Of a stretch of 64,000 nt of DNA, positions 25,001 to 38,600 are shown in pieces (position 1 is the first letter of the stretch; every line of letters starts with the position of its first letter). The notes beneath the pieces were generated by a model. That model was not told where the DNA came from. It did not search any database and worked only from the letters and a program-made list of their open reading frames with translations. The translations under genes and the position numbers were made by a program. Source of the stretch: Mytilus californianus (taxonomy: Eukaryota); contig NW_026262745.1 of the NCBI RefSeq assembly GCF_021869535.1, forward strand, positions 35,526,001 to 35,590,000, in the 5' to 3' direction.

Positions 25001-28000
25001 AAATGAAACTAAATTTTAGAAGAATTGAACATCCATTTTGATTTTTTTTTCATGGGGTTTACAATATATATATTTATATATGAGGGTCTGGATGGGGTTT
25101 ACAGAATCGAAAATATTGGGGGGGGGGGGGGAGAAAAATAGGCCCCAAAATAAAGAATAATGAATAATGGGGTCCTAAAATATAACGAAAAGAGAAAATG
25201 TTTTATTTTAAAGAATACAAAATTGAGCCCCCCCTCCAATCCAGATCATCATACATTGATTAATTTAATTTGTTGTGTTACAGATGTTATTTGGTTGGTA
25301 GATGCATCAAGTTCAATATCAGCTACTGACCATGCACTGACAATGGGTTTCATTTACAACGTGACATCACATTTAACTATAGGCGACTCTGATATTAGAA
25401 TGGCAGTCGTTACGTTTGAGGTTGAGACATACGCCGAATTTGAGTTAGATGATAACACCAACAAAGCAAGTCTTCTGTCAGCTATAAACAGCATATCATA
25501 CACTCAATCAACCGTATCTTCGAGGAAAACTATGGACGCATTAACATATACAAAAACACTCTATCTTACCCAAAAAGGAGGTCGCATTGATGCTGGTAAA
25601 GTTGTTATTGTGATAGTAAGCGGCACTTCGACTAGCGAAGCTCAAACTAAGAACACAGCCGGGGATCTCAGAACATCACATGGAGTGGAAGTGTTTGCTA
25701 TAGGCATAGGCTCGGATTTATCTTCAACAAATACCGAATTGCAGGGAATTGCAAACGATCCTGACTCGTATTATGTTGAATATATTGGTGGATTTATAAA
25801 TCTGTGTGGTATTGTTCCATCCATTGTACCTAAGATTGGTGAGTCTCAAATAAAACATTCCAATGGTTGATATGCAAACCCATGCAACATAAAGTAAAAA
25901 TAAAAGATGCAGCATTTCTTTTATGTCTCTTGTGTCACCCGATATTTTGAAATGATTTCATTGATATGTTCAATTCCCCCGTCGGTTTCCGTCTTTTTTG
26001 TATATGCACTCAAAGTAATATGGAATTGTTTCAGCATGCTATTCGTTTATTCCGGAAAGTATGTCCTGCTTTTGATCGCGATATCCTCCAAGCTATATAA
26101 AATAATTCATCGTATTCTGGTGTTTAATTATTCATAGAGCACACTTGTTAACCTTTAGATAATAAGTTGTTATTGGTAAATGTAATAATCAGTATAATAA
26201 TAATCAAAACAACAGAAACATTGAATGTAAATCTTAGAGGTAAGGCATATTTCCGTCTTTTTGCTTAACTTGTATGGTCAAAATCTAATACTCGTCAAAC
26301 CCTACTGGAATTTGAATATTAAAGAATATTCATCGTACATTTAAAAAAAAACATGTTTTATACAATTATTACATATTACATAAATTCAAAATGTCATTCT
26401 GCGCTTCATACTGCTGTTGAAGACATGTTGATAGAAATTTGCAATGTTTAAATTTTTAGAAAAAATTGCCATCCGTAACCAAAATTAATTAATATGTATT
26501 GAAAGACAATGCACAGACCAACTTCTAACATAATGTTGGTTTTAGCAAGGAGGTTAAACCTCCTTGGTTTTAGTTAAGAATTATGTTTTTCCTGTATATT
26601 TTGTAAATAAATTCTAAAATTTACCAAATCTGTCAATGTTACAGTTTCCAGCTATCTCATGTGACCGGTTGTTACAATTTGGTGATCTTTTCAGGGAAAA
26701 ACATAATATTGTTAAAGCTACAATGTAAACTATGGAGCTATGCTATTGTGAATTTAAGTTAAGATTGAATATTTGAGAAAGGGCTCTTTGCTGTGAAATA
26801 AATTTTGGGGAAATTGACCCTTTATATGTACATCTTTATTCTGGTGTTGTCTCCTGGAGATGTAAGATATGTACACACATTTTTCTTCTTTAATTTGAAG
26901 ATAATGAAACAACAGCTACAATGTTGGATGGTTGTGTTGAGTGGGTAGAGCCTACGACCACAGAAATAACTACAACAGACAGAATAACAGAGGCGACAAT
27001 TTCCCAAACAAACGAAGGTATTAGATTGGTTAATTTTCATCAAATACAATAACACTAATGCACATCAATACTGATAATAATCATAACAGAGGCGACAATT
27101 TCCCAAACAAACGAAGGTATTAGATTGGTTAATTTTCATCAAATACAATAACACTAATGCACATCAATACTGATAATAATCCTTCCGCCAAAATAACTTG
27201 TAAATTTTGAATACCCAACTACAAAACTTTGAAAGGCGAGGAAACCTGGTGAGTAATTAATGCAAACTGTGATGAAAGAGTTAAGTGGGTAAATATACTG
27301 GCATAGCATTTAACTACATGTTTTTCCTGATTATCATTTTATCAGTTCTGACTATACAAAATATGTGTTTATTTCACTCGAATTTATAATGAACGTCTAT
27401 CTATATTACCGTTCTAATTTATTATAAACACGTTTATAACAAATCTGTATCTCAACTCACTAACATTTACCCATTGTATCCTATTTTCGAGTGCAATATT
27501 TTGACTGAGTGTGGATTCGCATGGCGGGTGATGCATACATAGCAGGAGACGACTATCAGGTGGACACACCCGTTCTCGGTCCACTAGGGTTTTTTTCCGA
27601 TTACCTCAGTTTTTCTTTAACCTTGTGTTGTATCTTTGTAATAGATTCATGAGATTTGAACATCGGTAAAGTACAGTATTGCCTCTAATTTATATATATA
27701 CTGTATAAAGAATAAACATAAATTGTCTCGAAATATAAATGTTATTTGTACTCGGCTCAAAACAGGATAGAAATGCTTGGCAAAGCCTCGTTTTCTACCT
27801 GTTTCTAAGCCTTGTACAAATAAAATTTACATTTCGGGACAATGTATGTTTATTCTATATATAACATTTGTATTCCACCAATACACATAGTATAAAGTAT
27901 GAGAAACATAATCAGCCTTTTTTCATCTTGGCACTATGCTGTTTAAAAATATTTGTCTGATGCAAACACAAATGCTATTTTAATATCACTACTGATTAGT

Positions 28001-29639
28001 TGTCAAATTAAGATCTAAAAGTACCCGTATTTCTTTTTTTTTTATTTTAGGTTTAGATGCCGGTGCCATCATAGGTATCCTGTTATCATGTTTACTGCTT
28101 TTAGCACTTTCATCCTGCGTATTATACCTACTGTATAGAAGAAAAAGGTATGGTGTAAGATATTCATGTTTATCAGTAACAACGTCGGATTCCGAAAAGT
28201 CTGGAAACAGAAAATCATTTTTACATGTACATGTACATGTACTTGTTCTTTTATATATATATGTATCTAACATAGTCGGACAGTAACATAGGATTGAATT
28301 GTCTGAATATCATTTTAAACGTTCGATTGAACTTTAAAAAAATAACGAGAAAATTGTATACAAAAAAGTATAACAAAAATACCGAACTCCAAGGCAAATT
28401 CAAAAAGAGGGAAGTCCATAAAAATTGACAAAATCAAACGCTATCAGTCAACGGAACAAGTGAAAAACATCTGCCATATTCCTGACTTGGTACAAGCATT
28501 TGCCGAAGAAAATGGTGGGTTAAACCTTGTTTCATAGCTAGCTAAACCTCCCACTTGTATGACAGTTGTCTATAGTTCCGTTATATTGACAAAATTGAGT
28601 GAGCAACCCAAACAGACGTAATAGGTTATAAGATGGATGGATATTGTATCAGTGAATCGATTGTGTAACCATGCTACAGTAGTCGGAATATATACTACCA
28701 CAAACGGTGGTTACAACAAACTCTTATATAATTTTTACTTTGCTCCCCACTGGAGGTATCTTTTTTTTATTAATGGAGAAGTATTGACAAATTTCAATTA
28801 GTAGCATCTAAATGATATACTAGTAATCACATGTTAACTCGTCCAGAGCTTTTTGAGATAATTTAAATGTGCTATATGCCTTTTTATGTTGTTTATAATT
28901 CTTTTTTGAAACTTTTGGCTGATATCAATACTATTGTTAATCATGTACAACTGACACAAAATCTATATACCAAATATACTTTGACCTGCAACTTTAACTG
29001 ACACAATCGAGACGTTCGAGGTGAACTTTCATATTTCAGCTTTTTGTTACGGTATTCTTCTTTCTTAGAAATAAAATTATTACGACAACATTAAAATAAA
29101 ACCAAAGATTACTTTCTTGAACGTTATTTTCGATTTCCAATGCTCATCAACTTCGTTTTTGATTAAGACTTCCATTTCAACTGTTTTGATTCGAGTGCCA
29201 CTGTCGAGATTATGTAGACAAAACGCGCGTTTCATTTTCATCAAATTATATGCCTGGTATCTTTGATGGTTTTTTTTTAATTTTAGAAGAATAAACGCTT
29301 ACTTTCAGTGAAAAGATAAAATCTGCATCTTAAGTCAAATATTTATAGTCCCTAAAATCTACTGTAAACAAAACTACATTTTTATTATTCTTTATTTCAT
29401 TTAGAAGAAAAGACAAAAAAGACCAGATTAATCCTGAAGATACGATAGTAAAGGCTGTGAATGACTACAATAACACAAGTCTTGGAGAAAAAAGACACAT
29501 TTACAAGAGAGACACTACCAGCCTCAATACCAAACCTACTAAAGCAATGAATGAAAATGATACACTGTCTTCAGTGTATGAAAATCTCGGAGAAAGAAGT
29601 GTTACATCGTCTATTATTAATGTAAAACTTCCTATATGA
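22096..29639 (+). CDS. VR1: type I membrane protein, signal peptide - vWA - Ser/Thr stalk - TM - tyrosine-motif tail, 358 aa
   Basis: Exons 22096-22168 (MMMRLMVFLIIFGILFTNCRGAKK), 25284-25838 (vWA, DVIWLVDASSS...NLCGIVPSIVPKI), 26901-27017 (DNETTATMLDGCVEWVEPTTTE...), 28051-28147 (TM, GLDAGAIIGILLSCLLLLALSSCVLYLLYRRKR) and 29405-29639 (tail ending SSVYENLGERSVTSSIINVKLPI). Phases 1,1,1,2; all junctions in frame. Confidence 0.88.
22442..22485 (+). ncRNA. Minimal type I hammerhead ribozyme (PLE-associated type)
   Basis: Stem I ACAUCA/UGGUGU. Core CUGAAGA (22448-22454). Stem II GACA-UUAAU-UGUC. Then GAAA, a palindromic stem III AUCCGGAU, and an AUA cleavage triplet ending at 22479. Confidence 0.75.
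22860..24610 (+). mobile_element. tRNA-head SINE-like or tandem repeat unit interrupted by a TIR element
   Basis: GATCTAACATTRTTGGGCTGTTATTTAGACGAATTA occurs at about 22863 and 24556, marking one repeat period. A box TGGTCGAGTGG (24446-24456) and B box GTTCGAATC (24502-24510). Confidence 0.6.
23146..24408. mobile_element. Non-autonomous TIR element with a nested SINE-like fragment
   Basis: Left end CCGGGGCGTGTTTTATTGG; right end CAAAAAAATACGCCCCAG. GGACCTCTTCTGG is subterminal at both ends. No clear TSD. A common dispersed-repeat fragment lies at about 23950-24120. Confidence 0.6.
26984..27181 (+). repeat. Perfect 99 bp tandem duplication spanning the VR1 stalk-exon splice donor
   Basis: Copy 1 is 26984-27082 and copy 2 is 27083-27181. 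GAAG|GTATTA occurs at 27017/27018 and again at 27116/27117. Confidence 0.9.
27705..27860. repeat. Imperfect palindromic (foldback) element of about 155 bp
   Basis: ATAAAGAATAAACATAAATTGTCTCGAAAT..TTATTTGTAC..GGCTCAAAACAGG.TAGAAA pairs with TTTCTACCTGTTTCTAAGCCTTGTACAAATAA..ATTTCGGGACAATGTATGTTTATTCTATAT. Confidence 0.7.
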
Positions 29640-31529
29640 AATATTATGTGTTTTGTTAACGTATTGTTTAGCTAGACCTGTTTTACGACCACAGCAAAAT
29701 AAATAAATAAATTTAAAAAAAAATGAAAAGAAATACGCTTACATACCTTTGGACTTGTTTTCAGTTTTGCTGTATTTGTTTTTTTGGTTTTTTTTTAGAT
29801 AACAAGAAGATAAAATTATGTGCAATAATGTAAACTATTGTTTTTATTTGTTTTAAGCTCAACCAGTATAACTGACTCAAAAATAAATTTGGGATTCAGA
29901 CGATTGCAAATAACATAAATTTCCTCTGATGTTGCTGGTCTTAACATCATTTGGTATCATACCGTACCGAACATGTACTGAAAGTGCATCCCCAATTGTT
30001 TCTGAATGGGATTTAAAACACATTTCAATACTTTTTTTTAATAAATTTGAGTTTCCTTCCTTGTTTTGGTTTCTTAATTAACTTTGTCTACTTTTTTATT
30101 TTTGTGATATAAATCACAATCAGTTGTTATACTGAGTGTAAACATTTTGATATATTAAACTGATTCAAAACTAGAGAGTATTAACAAATAATTGCAAATA
30201 CTTTATGAACAACATACAATTACATCCATATGCATGATTTTATACATGCAAATTTTAAAAAAGTTACCAGGCAATGTCACAAAACTTCGATCTCCTATGC
30301 ATTATGTTATTGCCTCAAGCAAAAAAGGAAAATAGAAATTAAAAATTAAAAAATCGTAAGTCGAAAATACAGTAGAGGGATACACAGGTTTACATGTACA
30401 CTTAACATATGTAGAAAAGTAATGGTACACCACAGCAATAAAACAAGATAATGACGAGAAAGGGACTCGCCTTACACTCTAATGATTTTAGACGATTAGA
30501 AAAACTTAATCCATCTTTTCAAATGGTCTGAAAAAAGATTCGATCTTTTTATGTAACACCATCAGGCATAGTCGCCTATTATCGTGACGTCACAATAGGA
30601 ATTCAGAGGAAAACAAGAATATATGACAAATGAAGAACTGAGATCAAACGAACCACACGTTGCTTAAATAAGAATAACCAACAGGCAAGGGAAAGAATAA
30701 ATTGACTAAGATTGTTTTTGTAAATATGCCAGAAATGGAGCAGAAATTGATTTGACTGGTTGTTAAGATTATGTCACTAAGAATTGAGGTTCTTAGATTT
30801 CTATTTTTAGATATATTCATGAAAACAACTGTGGAATATCGCTTTTCTATCTGACATTTTCAGTCTACCTTTGAAAATACAATTGAATATGTGACTCTTC
30901 CGTTGGTTGCTGTCTATCATATTTGTTTTTCGTTGATTGTTTTTTTCCACAATTATTAAGTAGTTTTTTTTCTTTATTGTACTCTCCAATAATATTGGTA
31001 ATTCCTGTAATCCCTTTTCTGTATCATAAAAATACTAGTATTTTTTTTGCACCATTTTTTTTATAGATTCAGATTCAGATTTTGATGTTCCGCCTATAAA
31101 AACGAGGAGAATGGGCATTATGTTTGTCAGTCTATTCGTCCATCCGTTTGTCTATCTTATAGGAAGTTAAAGTTTTGGTTGAAGGCAAGTTTAAGTTTTG
31201 ATTTAATGAAGTTCAATACAACACAACCGTCATCTTAAATGAAAATTTAGTACATATTAATTATGTGAATGTTTTGAAATATATGCCATATATAGAATGA
31301 GACTGAGATTTCGCGTTTACATGGAAATGTGATAGTGCAAGAGGCTCATTATGTTTTATGGACACGGATACTTGTTTCTATTTAAGTTTATATCAGCTTT
31401 CAATTTGGAACTTTCTATTTCTATGTGGCAACATTTCAGTGCCTGCATATTGAGTATATATATATATCTCCCATTTGATATTTCAGATCTTGCGTTTCCT
31501 ATCCTTATTTCATTGATAGAGGGTTGCTG

Positions 31530-31950
31530 CTTACAAGGTAGCTATTGAATTAAGGGTCATTCCTTCAAAACGTACGGACGCACCACCAGTTTGTTGACCG
31601 TTATGGAATATCTGTGTCACAGATGACCATGGACATGTTCCAATTGTCGCAACCATATTCCAGTCCTCTTTTCCTCGATTCTGACAATATTGAATGAGAC
31701 ATATCACCGGATTTGTACGTGCATGAGCAAAACAGGGGTGCCACATGTAGGGCAGGAACTTTTTATCCCTCCGGATCACCTGAGTTCACCCCCGGTTTTA
31801 GTGTGGGTCGTGTTTCTCGGTCTTTAGTTTTCTATGTAGTGTTTTTGGAATGTTCGTCTTTTCGTCGTTTCTCGTTTATTGCCATGGACTTGTCAGTTTT
31901 TTTTTCAAATTTTGACTTCTTTGAGTTTTGAATGTCCCTTTGGCCTCTTT
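31530..31950 (+). mobile_element. Decayed C-terminus and 3' UTR of a PLE-like RT element
   Basis: Translates as LTR*LLN*G...HHQFVDRYGISVSQMTMDMF, followed by the 3' motif family seen at 18600-18880. Confidence 0.6.
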
Positions 31951-32668
31951 TGAAACCACCTTGTTTTTCCATACAGTAGGTGATGTAAGGGTTTTAACAA
32001 AATAAAAGTGAAACATAATGTACGAATGTCCAATAATTTACATAACATTATAATCACTAGAATTTCAATTCATATGACTTTATATGAAAGCGTATTTTGG
32101 TACAAAACTTGATAACAGAGTCACTGCATATCTTTTTTCACAAACAATAGTTGGAAGTGTTTTTTTCTGTAAGATGTTCATGGCTAGATAACTCTTATTG
32201 TGTAAAGATTGTTTTTGTTTACCACAAATCATTCAGCAACAAAAGGATTGAGTTATCACAGTTTAAAAAACAAAAAGAAAATTGGGATTTTATTAAAATG
32301 TTATTGTTTCTTATTCAGCACGTCTAGTGTCAGGTCATGTTAACATTGTGAATATGCACACAGCATAATTAAATTTGTCTCACATTTATCCTTGAAAGTT
32401 ATTGTGTCCAAAATAGTTATTTAAATTATGACTTAACAAAGTAGAAAAATTGAAAGGATATTTAATTTTGTAAGGCTATATATGACTGTATATGATTAAG
32501 AAATGTTTAATAGAAAGATGCTATTTATCACATGTAGCATATAATGTTCAAATTTGTTCACCGAAAAAAGCACAACAACGAATTCGAATGAACATTTCAG
32601 TTACAAAAGAAAGTTACAAAGAAGAAGAAGAAAATACAGAGCAGAGGATTGAATAAAAAAGGTTATTA

Positions 32669-35600
32669 ATGGAAAAACTAGTCATCATTTTGTGTACCAC
32701 GCTTTGCATAACTTTGTTTATAAACAGAACACAGTCTACAAAAAATGGTAAGTTTGTTTGCATGCGTGTTAACTTTGTATGAAATTTTATACGATTTACG
32801 ACTTTGTATAAGGATTGACGAAGATATAGAAATATTGTTTTTTCTTGGATTTCTCTGTTTCCGGAAGTACAACCTTTGCTAATGCGGGGCGTCCGGTTTG
32901 TCGTTCGGGATGTATGAATACACATTCACGTCCGGTCGGAATATGGGAACGTTAAATCAAATGTAGAGAGTGTGCAATATACAATGCACGTTAAAACTCC
33001 TCCAAATCGATCACAGTGGTACGTAGGTGGCCTGTTGCAAGGCAAACTATGTGCCCTTATCCAACATACCCCATTTTCAAGTAGCAGTACAAAACACCCA
33101 TCCTTCATCCCTGTCGATACTTACTTTGCATGACCTATTTATTGAATTATTTGTTCATTTGTTCTCGCCCTGAACATGTTTGAAAGATTTGCCATTGAAC
33201 GTTTAGCAAACAACAATAATGAAATCATAATTTGAGGACATTAGAATGATTGCTCAAGTAATCTCTTTTTTATTTATGAAAAGTGTCAATTCTCATTTGC
33301 CTGTGGTATATAGGTTCATGTACACGTAAACGAAGTATTAAAATACATTTGATGTTTACTTTTATGGAAAAAAAATTATTTAAAAACTCATCAAAGATAC
33401 CAGGCTTATAATTTTGCACGCCAGACGCCCGTTTCATCTGCACAAGACTTACCAGTGACACTCGAATCAAAACAGTTGGAAGGCCAATTCAAATACGAAG
33501 TTGAAGAGCAATGAAAACCGAAAATTTCGAAAAAGTTATCCGAAATAGATAGCAGCATTAAGTGAATGACCAAGTAAAATACCCAACAATAAATCTTTCA
33601 TATGTGCATCAATGGAAATAACATACATGACACATTTCCATATTTTATATTCATATGGCAAACAGAAAACAGAGAAGTGATGGAGCTGAAAATGTGTCAT
33701 AACCTAAAGCTTACCAATATAAGCTCGGTACCAAATATCAAGAAGCTCTGTTTTTGTAAATTGCGTAGAAACATGTGACAGAAATGTGTTACGAATAGAC
33801 GAACTGACGGAATTACAATATTTTAGAAGACTTTTATTGATTGATGTCCTTAAGTAAACTTCATTCTCTTAATCTTTTGAGATAATCGAAAAAGATTAAA
33901 GTTTCATTGACCTTTAGATATATTATCGGTCTTTTTGCTGTACCGGTACATCTTGTATTCATTTATGCAGTTTATTCTTTCCACAGATATTACATTTTTG
34001 GTTGATACAACAGGTGACGTTACGCAAGACGAATTCAAACAAGTCATCGACTTCATTTATAACATAACAAGTAGATTGGCTATAGGACCAGAAGATAATA
34101 GGGTTGCCCTTGTCACTTTTAACACAATACCAACGACACAGTTCGATCTAAACGATATAAGTGGCAAAGTTAGTTTACTGAATGCTATAATTTCCACTAA
34201 GAACTACAATTTAACTGGGACACGTGAAACGCACAAAGCATTAAGTCATATTGAAGACAATATATATGTTTCATCATCAGGAATGAGGACGGACGCACAA
34301 TCTTCGTTACTACTAATCACGTATGGACAGTCACAATCTCCAACACAAACACAATTCGCTGCATACGTTTTAAAATCGACAGTTCAAGCTATTTACGTTA
34401 TAGGAGTTGGATCACTGATGTATGACCAAACTGAAAGAAGTGATTTTCCAAATATAGCTAGTTCAATAGAAAACATATTCTATATAGAAGAAGTTTCAAT
34501 TCTGTGCAATTATATCTTAAGTATAACTATTAAACTGGGTATGTATGCTTTATATTGTAAACCACTTGTAAGAAAAGTAAAGATACCTGTCCGGATGTCA
34601 GTTACAAACCATCAGTATCAGAGTAAAATTTTATCTCATTAAAAAAGCTTGAACAGGTCCACAAAGATTGAAAATTCAGCGATTCAATCTTGATTAAGGG
34701 TCAATTTAAGGTTTCAATGCATCTACATCATTCTTTAATTTTTCAAAACATGCATTTCCATAATGAAAATTATGAATTCTAATATGACGTGCTTCTTTCG
34801 CTTTGTAAACAACACCGTGATAAAAGTCTCGATATATCTATACTTAGCGCAGACTCAGAGATATACATAATAATGGATGTTACAATATACCTCCCACGTA
34901 AATCCACATGTATCGAAACCTATTTGCAAACGCTATGCCGATTTTTTTTTTTAAATTGCAATTAAAAAAAAGACTACAGAACACTTATTCTTATTCGGAT
35001 GCATAACAGAAAGAATTAATGCACAAGTGCTCGGCGAAATCTACAAAATCCAATTAAAATAAAATTCCGCGAAAGTCCACTAATGCTTTTGGCGCATTTA
35101 AGTCCTTTCAAAACATGACGTCATACAAATGAAAACGCTAAAGCTGAAGGTTTTTCCGTTACGTGAACCATTGAAATTCGTATAATATTGCATTAAAATG
35201 CATTTTTGAGGTAGGATTTGTTTTGCTTTCTATTCTATTGCATTATTCGCATATTTACTGATTTCAGCAAGTCAACATGGCGGCTCCTTAGTAACGAAAT
35301 GTCTACTTTGGATTACGAGAAAAACATGCAAATCAAAAATGGCAAATGTTGGGTTTGAAAATTAAAAGAATTAAAAACAATTTTTCTAGCTGTTATTTAC
35401 GAAATATTTATGCAAGCTACAGATTTATTAGAATGTTTTAGCCTTATCCAACAGGGAGTAAAAAAGAACAGCCCCACATACGACATACCCACTCTCGCTT
35501 CAGTTTTTTAATGACCGTATTTGTCCTCTTAGAATCGAAATAATTCATGGAAGCCATAGCTTTGTTGTAAATTTACACATGGCCTGGGCCGTGATATTCG

Positions 35601-38600
35601 TTAATTTTATCCCTCGCTAACGCTCAGGATAAAATTCGAATATCACGGCCCAGGCCATGTGTAAATTTCCAACAAATCTATGGCTTCCATGAATTATTTC
35701 TTAAACAATGTGTCAAAATGAGTGTACTCACGATTTAGGCGATTTGTACTATTAGTACATCGTGTCTTGCTGATAATTTTTGCTGCATAAAGTTTCTCTT
35801 CATCTATTACAGTTCTCAGAAATTTGAATAAAATGCTCGCGAAGGTCAAGGACGTACACTACCAAGAATTCAGTTACATTTTACTTGTACTTTTCTGCCC
35901 TCTAGAAACGAAAAAATAAGAATAAAATCGGCATTTAAGGGCAAAAATTACGATAAAAAGTCGCCTGACAATTTCTTTATATGTATATCTTGTCTTGTTG
36001 AACACTTTTGCTTATGAAAGTTTCTTTGTATCTATCATGCGCTTAAAGATAAAAAAAAAAGAAAATAATGGGTAAAATTGTTATTTGTTATTGCAATCAC
36101 TATTAAAAGGAGTCGTCTGACAGTTTGTCCAATTAGACGGAAGGTAGATCTCATTATTCTGAACATTTTTGCCCCTGTCAAATTGTCTCTATTTATAATG
36201 GTTAATGCACTTAAGATAAAAGACAAGGTTACATCTTATCCCTGTGATTTATTTTAAGCCTTGGTAGCCATGTTGGTTGGCAGGCTGTGTATGACCAGAC
36301 ACATTTTCCAAACTAGATAAACAAGGATAATGGTGGTCATGTTTGGTTCTATTTAGCATAGTAGGTTCAACAGAGATGATTTTTTTTAAATGAACGGATG
36401 ACGACTAGGGACAACAAGTAAAAGCAATAGCTCACAGTGGCCCTTTTGGTAAGATGAGATAAAAAGAAAGCACAAAACCTGATTTTTTAATTTGCGTATT
36501 CATGACATAAACATAATTTCTTTTTGGAAACATTTAAGTGATAGAGCATCTGCCAGACATAGTTGATCAAATGTAATGATGGTATTTCTTAAATTAAATA
36601 TGGGAGATAATGATAAAAGTTTTTTTGTACAGATCTATAACATAAGTTTTCCCTCAATTGTTATTTATTATTAGAATGGTTCATAGAAAACAGTTTAGAA
36701 GGATTATGGATAAAAGAACACGGTTTTATCCGAATTCTTTTCAGTGAAAGCACAAATAGTTTTTTTTTCTATGTAAATGATTTTTTTTCTGGCAATAAAT
36801 TGAAATGGAAAAAATGTGCCAAAAGCGAATGTTTTTCATACATTTAGGAAATACATATAAACAACTTATCACGTTATTTTGCAACCCATTTTGTTGATCC
36901 TTTGCATTAAAATATAGGATGTTGACCCTATATAAGTGTATGATTTTGATACTGTAAAAATGCCTGACACTTATCTATTAGAATAATATTTTCAATGAAA
37001 AACTTATTGATAGATTTAAAGGCTAACGAGTGTATTAAAAAACCGTTACAGTAAATCGTTTTTATAATGATATTGAAACCGAATTAAATGAGAATATTGT
37101 TTTTTTTAGATTTGAATGCCACACAATCTGAAGTTGTTGGTTGCTCACCAATAACAACCACTTGGACAACAATATCAACAACAATACCAACAACTACAGA
37201 AATGAAAACAACAGAGTTAACATATTCAACAGAACTAACAGATTCAACTTCAACAGATTTAACATATTCAACAGAATCTTTATCCCAAGAAAAAACAAGT
37301 CTTAAACTAGACACTGGTATATATAATTTAAATTCTTAAAGACTTAAATAATCGAAAGTTGTACATGGACAAAATCGAAATACACATAACACGAAATTCA
37401 CAAACGCTCGAACAAAACACCTTTATACCTTGCTGTTATAACGTCGTAAACGACTTTTATTATGTTCCTTTGGTGTCTTTGGACTATCTCTTGCATACGT
37501 CTGACAGTCAAATGGAATGTTTTCTTTCAGACGGCGATTCATTTTCAGAATGCAAGTGGCAGAAAAATTTAGGAACTGAGTTCCACCCTGAATAGTCCAG
37601 TTGGTCAACAGTTTTTGGTTGAGTTAATAGGTTCTTGTTCTAAAAACAGCTATACAAAACCATTTACAGTGTTAGAATCCTCGTATTCATGGTTTAACAT
37701 TTTAGATATTTATATGAAATATGTAAATATTTTTGCGAATATAACCCAATCATTGATGGGATGGGTTATCTAAGTTTTTGAATTATAAACTTCTATTTTA
37801 TGTATATATATTTATCTTTTTTATGGCTTTTTCGTCATATTTTTTGTATCTACACAATATGTTAAGTTCTTAAACGACCAGAATCTAAAACATGTTTTGA
37901 ATAAACCAAACAGAGGCTGTCAAACACATGTCATCAAAATAACAAAAATCGTAAGTCTCAAATACAAAGCAACATACATATAATTTTACGCTTGTTTAGT
38001 TTTACTTGACCTTATACGTAATCTTTTCATATATGCAATCATTCCGTGTGACCTTTTTTTCTTTAATACTGAATAGTTTTGAATTGCATTGTTTCTGTTC
38101 AGGTAATTTTTCTTGGATTAATATGCATGTATTCCTTTCCTGTATCAAATTATAACTGAATATCAATAGTAACAATGAACGTAGGTCTTAATTTTATCCT
38201 GGTGAAATAATTTTTAATCCTGATGATTTCAGATATTTGTTTACTTTCATTTAAAGATAATGGGACAACAGCTTCACACTTGAATGGTTGTGTTGTGTGC
38301 TATCCAGCGACAACGGAACTAACTTCAACAGAGAAAACAGTTTCCAAAATAAACAAAGGTACTTTAAATGATTTTAATTTTTCGACACCACTTATCAGAA
38401 ATAGCATGGAAGTACATCAATGGCACATAGAATCCTGACGCTGATCAAAGTCAAGCATTAAGATAAAGAAATGATTTACATTTTTCTGATAATATATATC
38501 CAATGCCGCAGCAACGATACGCATGTCACTGAGAAATTTGTTAAATTTAACTGGCCTGGCATCTTTTTTACTCGAATTTATGAACTTGTGAATTTATCGT

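Noticed and set aside
25160-25283. N-terminal extensions of the vWA ORFs in the track (also 33935 and 62104) and their read-through C-termini
   Set aside because: These are intronic. Strong acceptors and donors bound the vWA exons, and true signal exons lie upstream.
29160-29260. Active hammerhead in VR1 intron 4 (also 33395-33530 and 54760-54783)
   Set aside because: Core nucleotides are mutated (CTGTCGA with AAAA; CTGGTAA; GAAT), so these are listed only as remnants.
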